Shown here: in pieces, positions 9,911-19,555 of the stretch | How the letters are laid out: every line of letters begins with the position of its first letter | How positions within the stretch are numbered: the first letter of the stretch is position 1 | Virus record (IMG/VR): IMGVR_UViG_3300009432_000684 | Source: an uncultured virus (IMG/VR IMGVR_UViG_3300009432_000684) | Taxonomy: Duplodnaviria > Heunggongvirae > Uroviricota > Caudoviricetes | Length of the DNA stretch: 64,000 nt | Strand: one strand, 5' to 3' | Made by a program: the position numbers and the translations under genes | Notes under the pieces: generated by a model | Told to the model about the DNA's origin: nothing | The model's input: the letters and a program-made list of their open reading frames with translations, nothing else | The model's database searches: none

Positions 9911-10507
9911 CTATTTAGTTGCAAAAACACTCATTTTACGAAGGTCTGGATAATCGTCTGATGTCCAATCTTTAGCTTCAGTTCTAATAGCTGTAGGAAG
10001 CTTATCTATGCCTTGCTGTGCAGTTTCCGGGGTCATGTAGTAATGATAACCTATATGTTTTATGTCTTGGTCTTTCCACGGTATATTTGGTACCCTGCCA
10101 TCGTAACTCATTGCCTTTAGTGTATTATATGTATATTCTTTATCACACAGTATTGCACCACCACGTCCTAAACTAAGATGTTTTTGGAACTGGAAACTTA
10201 AACACATTAATGTTCCTGGCAAATAGCTATTTTCTTTCCAATAAACGGCGGCATCAATTATACGAGTATTACTAAGATAATAATACTCCTGCCATTTTTC
10301 TTTATTCCAGTACCAGCGTATTCCTAATTTTTCTAAAGTCATTGGTATACTTGGATATGTATTAGTAGGACATGCTATTGCTGTTAATGGCTCAATTCTT
10401 AAACATAGCTCAATTGCATGTGTACAACAATCTGTTGCTACTGCATAAGGAGCTCCATAGAACTTTGCAATCTGTTTTTCAAACTCTTGTACTGTTTCAA
10501 AATTCAT
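9911..10507 (-). CDS. DegT/DnrJ/EryC1/StrS PLP-dependent sugar aminotransferase, short form
   Basis: FEKQIAKFYGAPYAVATDCCTHA, IIDAA, SFQFQKHL (PLP Lys), GRGGAI and GYHYYM. Confidence 0.85.
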   Translation of the reverse strand: MNFETVQEFEKQIAKFYGAPYAVATDCCTHAIELCLRIEPLTAIACPTNTYPSIPMTLEKLGIRWYWNKEKWQEYYYLSNTRIIDAAVYWKENSYLPGTLMCLSFQFQKHLSLGRGGAILCDKEYTYNTLKAMSYDGRVPNIPWKDQDIKHIGYHYYMTPETAQQGIDKLPTAIRTEAKDWTSDDYPDLRKMSVFATK

Positions 10508-11241
10508 AGCGGTGCAACAAATGGTAATATTACTTTTTCTGTTAATAGCTTATGATGCTCTGTTGTAGGATGTTGTCCATCTACATGTGCATCTTGGAAG
10601 CTAGGAAGAGTATCACCTGCTTTCCAATCTGATTCCATCGACCATTCAAGTATACCTGAGATAGGTAAAAATTTTGTAAAATCTATTTGTCCATATAAAT
10701 GAGCAGTTGACAAATCATCATTTAACTCACCCGGTAATACTTGTGCTGTATACGTACTCATAAAGTATTTTATATTATGTTTTTCAAGAAACCATTGTGT
10801 CCTAAGAATATGCTCAAGGGTGTTAATGTAGGAGCCAATATGTGAATAGAAATTTCTATACCACATTTTTGAAGAGTCATGTTTCCAATGATGATTTAGA
10901 ATTGCCCATTGTTTAACGCCAGGTACAACATCTGTTGGATTGTCTATCCAACCATCTAGATTTTTACCTTTAAATTGTTTTGGGCTATCTACATAATAGT
11001 CATGCCGAGAAGGTCCAGACCAGACAACACCAACAAGCAAGTCTTCAGCATTATTTGTTTTTAACTTTTCATTAACCTCATATATGATACCTCTACTAAT
11101 AAGTCCGTTGCCTTGACTACTCATAGCTCTATTAGTAAGAGTATATTCAGGCAGCATTCTATTCAAGTGCCTAGGCCATGTATTAATATGGGATGAATGA
11201 GTTTCACTAAAACTGCATCCACTAGTTATTAAATGTTTCAC
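10504..11241 (-). CDS. SGNH-fold esterase/acyltransferase-like protein
   Basis: TSGCSFS (block I variant), QGN, DGQHP (DxxH); paralog of 14559..15236. Confidence 0.65.
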   Translation of the reverse strand: MKHLITSGCSFSETHSSHINTWPRHLNRMLPEYTLTNRAMSSQGNGLISRGIIYEVNEKLKTNNAEDLLVGVVWSGPSRHDYYVDSPKQFKGKNLDGWIDNPTDVVPGVKQWAILNHHWKHDSSKMWYRNFYSHIGSYINTLEHILRTQWFLEKHNIKYFMSTYTAQVLPGELNDDLSTAHLYGQIDFTKFLPISGILEWSMESDWKAGDTLPSFQDAHVDGQHPTTEHHKLLTEKVILPFVAPL

Positions 11242-11834
11242 CTTAAAAACCTCGCCGGAGAGCCGACATATATGCCTTCTTTTGTTATACTTTTATTTGC
11301 ATTACTAAAAGCACCAATAGTAACGTTATCACATATTTCAATATTGTTTATTGCGGCACTTTTAAAGTTAAACATACAATTTTTACCTACTGTAGTTTTA
11401 CCAGCAATCATTGTGCCACTGTGTAACATACAGTTATTTCCAATCGTTGTACCGTGACTTACTAAACAATATGTTTCAATAAAGCAATGGTTACCTACTG
11501 TTGCGCCTGCCATTAGCGAACTAAAATTAGCAACACATGATCCTTTGCCAATTGTTGCTCCTTCAAACACAATAGCACTATCATGTACATACGTTACACA
11601 GTCACTATCATATTCGTCTAACAAGTCTATAGTTTGCTCACGTTCTTTTAGGTCTAGTGCAAAGCCTATAAAGTATTGAAAGTCGTCTTTGTTTTGTAGT
11701 TGTTTAAACTCTTGTGGTGACATTATACTAGTATCTTCAATTACAAAGCTTTTACCATAAAACAAACTTTCTTGTGTTAGTGTGCTTTGTGCATAGCCAA
11801 TAATTTTTAATGGCTTTTCATTTTTTATAATCAT
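11238..11834 (-). CDS. Hexapeptide-repeat sugar N/O-acetyltransferase (PglD/NeuD-like)
   Basis: VHDSAIV followed by left-handed beta-helix repeats (IGKGSCV, VGNHCFI, IGNNCML, VGKNCMF) and terminal YVGSPAR. Confidence 0.85.
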   Translation of the reverse strand: MIIKNEKPLKIIGYAQSTLTQESLFYGKSFVIEDTSIMSPQEFKQLQNKDDFQYFIGFALDLKEREQTIDLLDEYDSDCVTYVHDSAIVFEGATIGKGSCVANFSSLMAGATVGNHCFIETYCLVSHGTTIGNNCMLHSGTMIAGKTTVGKNCMFNFKSAAINNIEICDNVTIGAFSNANKSITKEGIYVGSPARFLR

Positions 11835-13129
11835 TATCCAAGCCTTTTAAATAGTATATTTTTTGTTATTGGTGCAGATAGCAGTTCTTCTTGCAAATCA
11901 AGTATGTGTACTTGGTTAAACAACAGTGTTGGTAACATAAGTTCGTATTGCTCACGTAACTCATCAATACTCATTGAGCCTATCCAATCAATGAGTTTTA
12001 ATATTTTTGCAAATCGTTTTTGATGGCATTCTTCAGTATCATAACTTTCGTCCCAGTACTTACTGAATGTTTCAAATCCCCACTTACGCATATACTCTAA
12101 ATTTCCAGGAGGACCTACCATTATAAAAGGTTTGCAATTAATCATAGGGTTCATTATCTTTTCAGTAAGCAACCCGGTTGCTTGTGCAAATCTAGTTTCA
12201 TTTACAATAGCACAAAATGTTTCGTTATAATACTCTTTAGGATTTGTATTAATATGTAAATCTGGAGCAGGTTCTTTAATTTTTAATGCCCGTTCGATTT
12301 CAACTCCCATTGTCATAGGAGTCATTGTATCTAATTTTTGTGCACCATCAACAATAGTATCATGCCATTCTTCTAATTCTTCTAAATCAAACCATAAGTT
12401 GTCTTTTAATATTGACTGATTTGATTTGTATATCCAACTTAAATTATATTCTTCAGGAGTATACTTGCCAACAAGGTAACTTGCAATTAAATGTCTATGC
12501 GGAGCATATTTCCAATTTCCGCACCAGAACTTTTTTGTTATGTCTGTTGACTCTGGTATTTCAATTTTAATATCTAATGTTGCCGGATAACTCCATCCAA
12601 CTGGTGAACAGTATAGTTTAAGTCCAGGATATGTCATTCCAAAATATTCGTTAATTTTATAATCAGGAGCATATACGCTTACATCTACTAATTCGTTTCT
12701 TTCAGCAAATATATTAATGCTATCTAATTCTCGAGATCGTATGTTTTCAATATCTGTAAGTTCGTAATTAGTGTATGTACCTTTATCATCAGGATACTTA
12801 ATATTATAAGTGCTTAACGGCTCTAACAAATAAATCTTTAATCCTTTTTTGTTTGCTCTATTCTTTGGCTTTGCCTCTAAAACTGTACTTGGTTGTTCTA
12901 AGTATTCTATCTTGCCGACGCCGCAATATACAGCATAAGGTGTAGATACTCCTTTAAAAAACGTTTTTCCTAAATCTATAAACATACTATCCCAACCCTT
13001 TTGTTGGTTAGTTTTTTCTCTTAAAGGGAACCAAGAAGGTCCTAAAGGATAGTTACTATACAGTCCTGTATTATTAGGATTAAGTAAATTGTGTTCGTTT
13101 AATAAGTTATGGTGATGTGAATATCTCAT
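11834..13129 (-). CDS. Glycosyltransferase-like protein (GT-B/GT10-like C-terminus)
   Basis: IVNET...LTEKIMNP...PFIMVG...GFETF..WDESYD; paralog of 15229..16461. Confidence 0.5.
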   Translation of the reverse strand: MRYSHHHNLLNEHNLLNPNNTGLYSNYPLGPSWFPLREKTNQQKGWDSMFIDLGKTFFKGVSTPYAVYCGVGKIEYLEQPSTVLEAKPKNRANKKGLKIYLLEPLSTYNIKYPDDKGTYTNYELTDIENIRSRELDSINIFAERNELVDVSVYAPDYKINEYFGMTYPGLKLYCSPVGWSYPATLDIKIEIPESTDITKKFWCGNWKYAPHRHLIASYLVGKYTPEEYNLSWIYKSNQSILKDNLWFDLEELEEWHDTIVDGAQKLDTMTPMTMGVEIERALKIKEPAPDLHINTNPKEYYNETFCAIVNETRFAQATGLLTEKIMNPMINCKPFIMVGPPGNLEYMRKWGFETFSKYWDESYDTEECHQKRFAKILKLIDWIGSMSIDELREQYELMLPTLLFNQVHILDLQEELLSAPITKNILFKRLG

Positions 13130-14562
13130 ATGCTATCTTTCCATTTATTAAAGTACGGGCTTAGTTCAGGAAACGTAGCATGAAAATCTAAACCGCGACG
13201 TTTGTCGTATGCTTCAAAAAACTTAACAAAGTTCTGTTGTGCTTCAAGCTTTTCTTGTGCAGGCAGTTGTTGTTTCATAAAATCTAAGCTTCTTTGGAAC
13301 CGTTGTATTTGGTGTGGTTTAAATCCTACCCAACGGCTTTCTCTATGTTTGTCTGTGTTAGCTTTCATAAATTCTAAACAGTCATCCCCGTAGTGCCAAA
13401 ATTCTTCTGGTAACACTTTTAGACTTTGCCACGCTGGAAAGTTTAATGCCGGAGTATCTACAAATACTCTATGGTTACCATAAAAGGTTAACTTTCCATC
13501 ATCATCGCGTCTTGTCTTTTTAACATTGTGTATACGCTGTAATTCTAATATACCTTGCATTAAACGCTTAACACTTGGCATACTTAACATATTTAATGTT
13601 ATAATAAACGTAACTAAGCCGTCTTGGGTTCTAGTAAGATAGTTGTTTACATTGTTCCATAGTAGGTCAAAATCTAATGGATCACGCATGTATTCAGCTT
13701 GTTCTCCCCAGCCGTCAACACTAACGTACAGTCTAAAGCTTTCTAATTTTTTGTATTCGTCAATAAAGCTAACAGTATCAACAAACTTATTCCAATTTTT
13801 TTGTGGAACACTTGCATTAGTTGTTATGCTCATATTAAGATCTGTGCGTGGATGATCTAATACATAATCTAACACACGAAATGTATTTTTATCCATTAGC
13901 GGTTCACCGCCTGTCATCCTAAAATGCTTTAGCTTGGGGTAAAGATCCGGCCACCATTTCCAAAATGCTTCTACATACGGATTTTCTTCTCTATTAGGAA
14001 TTGGATAATGCCCAATACTTTTAAAATAGTCAATACTGTTGTGTGGTACCTTTGTAGGATAAGGACCGTGTTCGTTAATGTCTTCTGCCCACTTGCTACT
14101 TAGATGAGGACTACAGTAGCTACACGCTAGGTTACAAGCATGGTTAAAGTTTACTTCTAAGTATGTAGGGTCAATGTCTCCATCGGCACCCGTTGATATT
14201 ACATCTTCCCAACCTTGTTGTGCCCACGGCTCTGAACTACGATATGCTCTATCACTAAGTTGCTTACCTTGTGCTTCTACTTTCCAACAGCTACTACACC
14301 CGTCTGGTTGTTTGCCTTCAAGCATCATTTTACGTTGTGCTTTTTTCTCAGGTGTGTTATGCAATGCACGAGGATTCTTTTTGACAGCTTCTGCATCAAT
14401 TTTGTGCAGTGGCGGTAAGAAGCAACTATTAGTTAATCCATTAGTTAAATGTATACTGCTCCAGAGCCACTTAGCCATACACATTGTAGGCGAGATTTCA
14501 TCCAACATAGGTATTACCTGCTGTGCAGCTGTTTGTGGATCTATTTCAGTAATTTTTTTCAA
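13126..14562 (-). CDS. Radical SAM protein with N-terminal SPASM/twitch-like Cys cluster
   Basis: CNLACSYC, TGGEPLM and TTN motifs; N-terminal MCMAKW...SC...CSSCW; close paralog of 6031..7302 (shared PIPNRE.NPY..AFWKWW). Confidence 0.9.
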   Translation of the reverse strand: MKKITEIDPQTAAQQVIPMLDEISPTMCMAKWLWSSIHLTNGLTNSCFLPPLHKIDAEAVKKNPRALHNTPEKKAQRKMMLEGKQPDGCSSCWKVEAQGKQLSDRAYRSSEPWAQQGWEDVISTGADGDIDPTYLEVNFNHACNLACSYCSPHLSSKWAEDINEHGPYPTKVPHNSIDYFKSIGHYPIPNREENPYVEAFWKWWPDLYPKLKHFRMTGGEPLMDKNTFRVLDYVLDHPRTDLNMSITTNASVPQKNWNKFVDTVSFIDEYKKLESFRLYVSVDGWGEQAEYMRDPLDFDLLWNNVNNYLTRTQDGLVTFIITLNMLSMPSVKRLMQGILELQRIHNVKKTRRDDDGKLTFYGNHRVFVDTPALNFPAWQSLKVLPEEFWHYGDDCLEFMKANTDKHRESRWVGFKPHQIQRFQRSLDFMKQQLPAQEKLEAQQNFVKFFEAYDKRRGLDFHATFPELSPYFNKWKDSI

Positions 14563-15236
14563 GTTAGATAATCGCCATAAAGCTTAATTAAGAAGTTTCC
14601 ATAATTAGTATTACTTATTGGGCCAGGGTGCTGCCCGTCTAATGCGTTGTCAACTGTATGCGTGGCTATTCCTTCAGTTATTGGATGTAGTAATACATCA
14701 TTGTCTACCATCTGTGTTAAGATATTGCCATAGTGTTCGTCGCTGAATTGACTGCCACCTTTTGTTATATTTAATATTTTTGTAATACCTAAAGATTTTA
14801 ATTTTAAATTAGTATGGTTAATGTACCAGCTTAACATTACTACATCATCAAAGTCAGATTGAACATGTGCATAATACATTTTGGTTTTTAGATCTTTCTT
14901 TGTCATCCAAGGACCTAATTTAAACCCATCCGGGTGATTAGAACGGTCGTCATCCTTTAGTAATACTATAGTACGATTTGGAGATGTCCATTGTAATATA
15001 ACTGCATCATCTGGGGTAATATCTGGGGAATTATTTAATAAACGATACGCTATTTGTTTATTACTTCCACCTGGCTCACCTCGGTTAACTATTTTACGGT
15101 TAGTATGTTTTGAAATGATGTTTGGCCAGCCTTGTGTTGACGGAATAGGACCTGGATCAAGACCATTATCAGCTATGCAATCTGGTAATCCGTGACCAAA
15201 CGTGTAGCTACACCCATACACAAATAATTTACCCAT
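14559..15236 (-). CDS. SGNH-fold esterase/acyltransferase-like protein
   Basis: VYGCSYTFG, PGGSN, QWT and DGQHP. Confidence 0.7.
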   Translation of the reverse strand: MGKLFVYGCSYTFGHGLPDCIADNGLDPGPIPSTQGWPNIISKHTNRKIVNRGEPGGSNKQIAYRLLNNSPDITPDDAVILQWTSPNRTIVLLKDDDRSNHPDGFKLGPWMTKKDLKTKMYYAHVQSDFDDVVMLSWYINHTNLKLKSLGITKILNITKGGSQFSDEHYGNILTQMVDNDVLLHPITEGIATHTVDNALDGQHPGPISNTNYGNFLIKLYGDYLT

Positions 15237-16461
15237 TTAAATGTTTCCTTAATTCTTCTTTTAAATTTGAATCCATCATATTTGCTCTATAAGACAACAT
15301 TGAAATATTATGTGTTAGTGTATTAGTAATACTACTCATAACAGCATGTAGTTCTTCATTAGGTCTATCAAAAAATGCAATAGCAGAATTTAAAGCTGCT
15401 GTCATTCTTTCTTCATTGTTTTGGATATTATCATAACTTTCATCTAGTATATCACTAAATGTTCTGTAACCCATATCTTGCAATGCTTTTAATGCTCCTG
15501 GTTCACCTAATATTACAAAAGGTTGGAAATACATTATAGGCTTAAATATTTTTTCACTAAAGAATGTTCTACCTAGTCTGTAGTATTGATAAGTTTCAGG
15601 ACAAATATGTAAGAACGAATTATAAAATTTATCAATAGACCAATCATGCACTGGATTTTGACGTTCGGCATCAACCTTGTCATCAATTGTAATTGGAAGT
15701 TTATTCCTTATATTTAATTCTTTATATTTTGCATAATGCTCGGGATAACCTACTTCGAATATTCCTTGTTGCTCTTCAAAATATCCATCATACATTTGTC
15801 CGCTCATTCCCATTGACAAGCATCCATTATCAATGTAAGGATATAATGCAGTAACGCCTGCAAATCTTCCTGCATGAGGTCTGCGATTTAAACAAATAAA
15901 TTTGTTTTCTCTTGCAGCTTTGTCTGCTATATGTTTGTTTCCTCTATCATTTAACCAAGTTAAATCTTCATGCTTAGTTTGTCTTTCCCAAAAGTTATTA
16001 TATACAGTTCTCAAATCAGGTGCATCGTGACTGTTTGCACATACAAATACAAAGTCGTCTAATGATAAATTATATTTTATCTGTAAGGGATATACTAATT
16101 TTTTCCACCAGCTCCATTCCCAACCTTCATAAGAATTAAAGACTAAAATTTTGCATTGTTTGTTAATTATGTCTTGGTATACATCATCTGGAATATTAAA
16201 TTCATCTATTTTACTATCTATTTGAGATAACGAAGGAATTAACGGAAAGTAATAGTTTTCGTCGGTATTATCTTTGTCTTTAAAGATAATATCAAATGGA
16301 TCTCCAAACAAACCAAAAAACGCAGTTGGATCTTCTTGCACTGTGAAGTATTCTGAAGTTAGATATTTTTTTGGAAAGCCCGGGCAGTACTTAAAAGACT
16401 TAATGTCATCTTCTAAATCGTTTCGATAATATAACGGTATCTGTTTCATATTATTTCTCAA
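15229..16461 (-). CDS. Glycosyltransferase-like protein (GT-B/GT10-like C-terminus)
   Basis: KFICLNRRP, ICPET, FSEKIFKP, QPFVILG and GYRTF..LDESYD. Confidence 0.5.
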   Translation of the reverse strand: MRNNMKQIPLYYRNDLEDDIKSFKYCPGFPKKYLTSEYFTVQEDPTAFFGLFGDPFDIIFKDKDNTDENYYFPLIPSLSQIDSKIDEFNIPDDVYQDIINKQCKILVFNSYEGWEWSWWKKLVYPLQIKYNLSLDDFVFVCANSHDAPDLRTVYNNFWERQTKHEDLTWLNDRGNKHIADKAARENKFICLNRRPHAGRFAGVTALYPYIDNGCLSMGMSGQMYDGYFEEQQGIFEVGYPEHYAKYKELNIRNKLPITIDDKVDAERQNPVHDWSIDKFYNSFLHICPETYQYYRLGRTFFSEKIFKPIMYFQPFVILGEPGALKALQDMGYRTFSDILDESYDNIQNNEERMTAALNSAIAFFDRPNEELHAVMSSITNTLTHNISMLSYRANMMDSNLKEELRKHLNG

Positions 16462-17374
16462 TGTCTATAAATTCGTGTTGCATTCTTCCAGGGTTTTGAT
16501 AAACTGTTTTAAAAAATTTGCTTTGTTCAGCACTAAATGGCTCTACAGGTATTGGAACGTCAAGTTCATTTAACAATTTAGTTCCTAACATTCGAACTGC
16601 GTCAAGTAGTGCAGGCTGGTCTATGTTAACTTGGGTATTCCAGTAATTATTTAAGTACTCAAAGTCTCTTACGTTTACAAAGTCCCATTCAGTTGCCATA
16701 GTTTTGTATAAGCCTTCACGAGCACCATATATTGCCCAAAGTCCGTTTTCAGCATCTCTACCCACAGTTAACCAAACATACAACCTATGTAAATTTTTCC
16801 AATGTAGCTTTGCAAACTCTTCTTTGCTAACACGTAGTCCTCTGTCAAGTGCCATCTTAACACCTTCGCGGAAACCTGCTCTCCAAGCCTGTTGTGGAGT
16901 ATAATTATTATAAACTGTACTAAAGCAACTATTCATTTGAATGTAATTAATATCCCAACAAAAATCTACTTGTGCATGTACATTATTAGCATCTGCATTT
17001 TCATGTGTACGCATGTTTAAAACAAAATCTTTAGGCCAACACTTTAGTCCGCCATTACCATACATAAGTCCATTAACAGCATTATAACCTGCCCAGCTAA
17101 TTACACTATTTTTTAAATCGTCATGTTCATCAAAATTTATTTCTTGATTAATAAAATTTTCATTAATAATATTATCAGCATCAACTGTAATGAATCTATC
17201 TGTTTCACTAAGTTTAGCACATGCTTTGTGTGCAGCATCACTACCTTCTACTCCGTGTACACGCTTTGCCCAAGGTACTTTTGAACACAAATCTGCATAG
17301 TTTTTTTCTGCGTTTGGCTCGTCATAGCTTAGATAAATGATATCATAGTCTGCTACCTTAAATGTGTTACTCAT
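16451..17374 (-). CDS. GT-A fold glycosyltransferase-like protein
   Basis: DIIYLSYDEPNA, RVHGVEG, ITVDAD (DxD), YGNGGLK and GFREG. Confidence 0.7.
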   Translation of the reverse strand: MSNTFKVADYDIIYLSYDEPNAEKNYADLCSKVPWAKRVHGVEGSDAAHKACAKLSETDRFITVDADNIINENFINQEINFDEHDDLKNSVISWAGYNAVNGLMYGNGGLKCWPKDFVLNMRTHENADANNVHAQVDFCWDINYIQMNSCFSTVYNNYTPQQAWRAGFREGVKMALDRGLRVSKEEFAKLHWKNLHRLYVWLTVGRDAENGLWAIYGAREGLYKTMATEWDFVNVRDFEYLNNYWNTQVNIDQPALLDAVRMLGTKLLNELDVPIPVEPFSAEQSKFFKTVYQNPGRMQHEFIDIEK

Positions 17375-18717
17375 ATTTCTATTACCTCATGTGCATAACT
17401 ATCAAAATATTTTGCTGTGTATAAACTAACATCGTCCATTTCAGAATCATAATCAAAAGGAATAACTAAGTTTTTCTCAAATGACGACATTGGCAATTTT
17501 AGTGACTTATAAAGTATGTTTGGATCGTGTTTGGCTGTTATACTAAAATACAATACATCATTAAGATCTGATCTAGTTAGTTGCATATACGTTAGTGTTG
17601 CAGGGTTTAATTCTAGTGTCCACAATTTTTGCTTCTTATCTTGCGTAACTATAATATCATACGATGCGTCTAACTGTACTTGGTAAAGCTTCTTGCCTAA
17701 TAACACTTTGCTACCATTTCTTAAATCTTGTTGATCTATTAATTTTAGATCATTTTTTAGTATTGCATAATCACTTGGGTCAATAGTATTAAAGCGTAAT
17801 AATGTATCATCTTCCCGAGTTTTTATTATATTACTCTTTCCTGAATAAAATACTATATCGTTAGATGACTTATTATACTCTTCTTCTTTAACACTAGCAC
17901 TGTACATCTTATTATTTTCTAAATACGTATCACCGTCTCGTATATGTGTAATAAAACTAAGACTTGTATTTTCGTCTTTAAACAATAATACGTTTGATAC
18001 TATCATTTCTACATTTTTAGGATTAAATTCAGTGCCTGCTGGCTGGTCTTCTAATATCATATATACACAGTTGCCTATCCATACGTGCTGACCTTTTAAG
18101 TGTTCTAATTCACTGTACCATATATCAATATGTACTCCTACATACTCTTGTGTAAATTCTGGAACAACTCTAGTTATTGAGATAGATTGAGTTGGTAATG
18201 TAGTTAATTGTACATCGGCAACAAATAACACTGTATTCTTTTTACTAAACACACTACCTTGTTTATTCTCTTTTAATATTTTGTAAACATTACCTTTGTA
18301 CCACACTAGATTATCTTTTTTATATTCAGTATCTTTAAACCACATATAAACTTCTACACCGTCATAGATTTCTGTAGTGCCCATGTGTCCTGATCTATTT
18401 TTCTTGATTACAGGTAACTGATAGCACATCTGCGATGCTTCTTTATGCGTATCTTGGTAGTTCTTTTCTTTTAAAACTTTTTCTTTTAATGCCATGTCAT
18501 ACATAACAATAAAATCTGTTGTACGCTTCTCTCCTGATAGAATTGGACTAGCTATGTTATACGGAACTTCAAGTACAAGTTCGTTTTCATCGAGAGGGTG
18601 TTCAATGCCGCTGATGCGAATTATGCTTCCTGTGTCGTTATTGTAGTACACATAACTAGACTGAGAATGCTTTACTTCTGTTTGTAATAACTTAATTAAA
18701 TCATCTAATTCAGACAT
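17371..18717 (-). CDS. Hypothetical protein with two CBM5/12-like aromatic repeats
   Basis: 448-aa ORF coupled to its neighbours; WFKDTEYKKDNLVWYKGNVY and WYSELEHLKGQHVWIGNCVY. Confidence 0.5.
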   Translation of the reverse strand: MSELDDLIKLLQTEVKHSQSSYVYYNNDTGSIIRISGIEHPLDENELVLEVPYNIASPILSGEKRTTDFIVMYDMALKEKVLKEKNYQDTHKEASQMCYQLPVIKKNRSGHMGTTEIYDGVEVYMWFKDTEYKKDNLVWYKGNVYKILKENKQGSVFSKKNTVLFVADVQLTTLPTQSISITRVVPEFTQEYVGVHIDIWYSELEHLKGQHVWIGNCVYMILEDQPAGTEFNPKNVEMIVSNVLLFKDENTSLSFITHIRDGDTYLENNKMYSASVKEEEYNKSSNDIVFYSGKSNIIKTREDDTLLRFNTIDPSDYAILKNDLKLIDQQDLRNGSKVLLGKKLYQVQLDASYDIIVTQDKKQKLWTLELNPATLTYMQLTRSDLNDVLYFSITAKHDPNILYKSLKLPMSSFEKNLVIPFDYDSEMDDVSLYTAKYFDSYAHEVIEI

Positions 18718-19555
18718 TTACTAAATTCCTATATCTTTCCATTACAGGTGATTTTTCTAAAAAATCATTTTCAGTATAATGTAATACTCCTGTTTGTTCA
18801 TAGTTGCCTATCTTAATTTTACAATCTCTTGAAATATAACAACCTACTCTATCTTGCCAATTACTTGAACTATCAGTCCATCCCTGACAGTATTTTTTCA
18901 TATGAGTAAAACTAGGAAACTCTACAGTAGGGTTAGTTATGTCCTTAGTACAATCTAAAATTAATGCAACAATTGAAGCACAAACGTCCATGCTCATATG
19001 CTTAGGCCTAGTTACTCCTTCTAAAAAAATCTCATAATATGCTTGCCAGTTATTTACAACTAATTCTAACCAGGCATAAAACTCTTGTGCTTCGTCCGAC
19101 TTTTCAAAGTAATGTATGCCTGAAAATAAGTTAGGCAATTTATTTGCAAGAAACGTTTTTCTGTAATAGCTAGTATCTGCTATATCGCCTCTATAAGTAT
19201 AAACTTTACTAGTAAAGAATATTTTATAATTTTCTAAAAACTTCCACCATGTATCAATATTTTGCAACACTAACATATCAGTGTCCATTACAATAGTCTT
19301 ATCGTATGGACTTGCATGATATAGTTTCCATCTGTTTTCAATCTTCCATGCAGACGTTTTAGCACTGTCGCCAAACGGAATAGGAATAATTTTATCAAAC
19401 AACTTTTGGAATTCTTTTGGAATAGTGTCGTTGGTTACTATACTAATTTTTGTATTAGGATTTGTAACCTTTAAACTCATTGCTAGGGCAACGGCTTGTT
19501 CTGGATAGTTAACAAGCTCGTTATGTTGAGCTAATACTAATATACCTTTACTCAT
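18710..19555 (-). CDS. GT-A fold glycosyltransferase (GT8/mannosyltransferase-like)
   Basis: KGILVLA, SPYDKTIVMDTDM (DxD), FTHMK and LHY. Start moved to the ATG at 19555 (MSKGIL). Confidence 0.75.
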   Translation of the reverse strand: MSKGILVLAQHNELVNYPEQAVALAMSLKVTNPNTKISIVTNDTIPKEFQKLFDKIIPIPFGDSAKTSAWKIENRWKLYHASPYDKTIVMDTDMLVLQNIDTWWKFLENYKIFFTSKVYTYRGDIADTSYYRKTFLANKLPNLFSGIHYFEKSDEAQEFYAWLELVVNNWQAYYEIFLEGVTRPKHMSMDVCASIVALILDCTKDITNPTVEFPSFTHMKKYCQGWTDSSSNWQDRVGCYISRDCKIKIGNYEQTGVLHYTENDFLEKSPVMERYRNLVNV

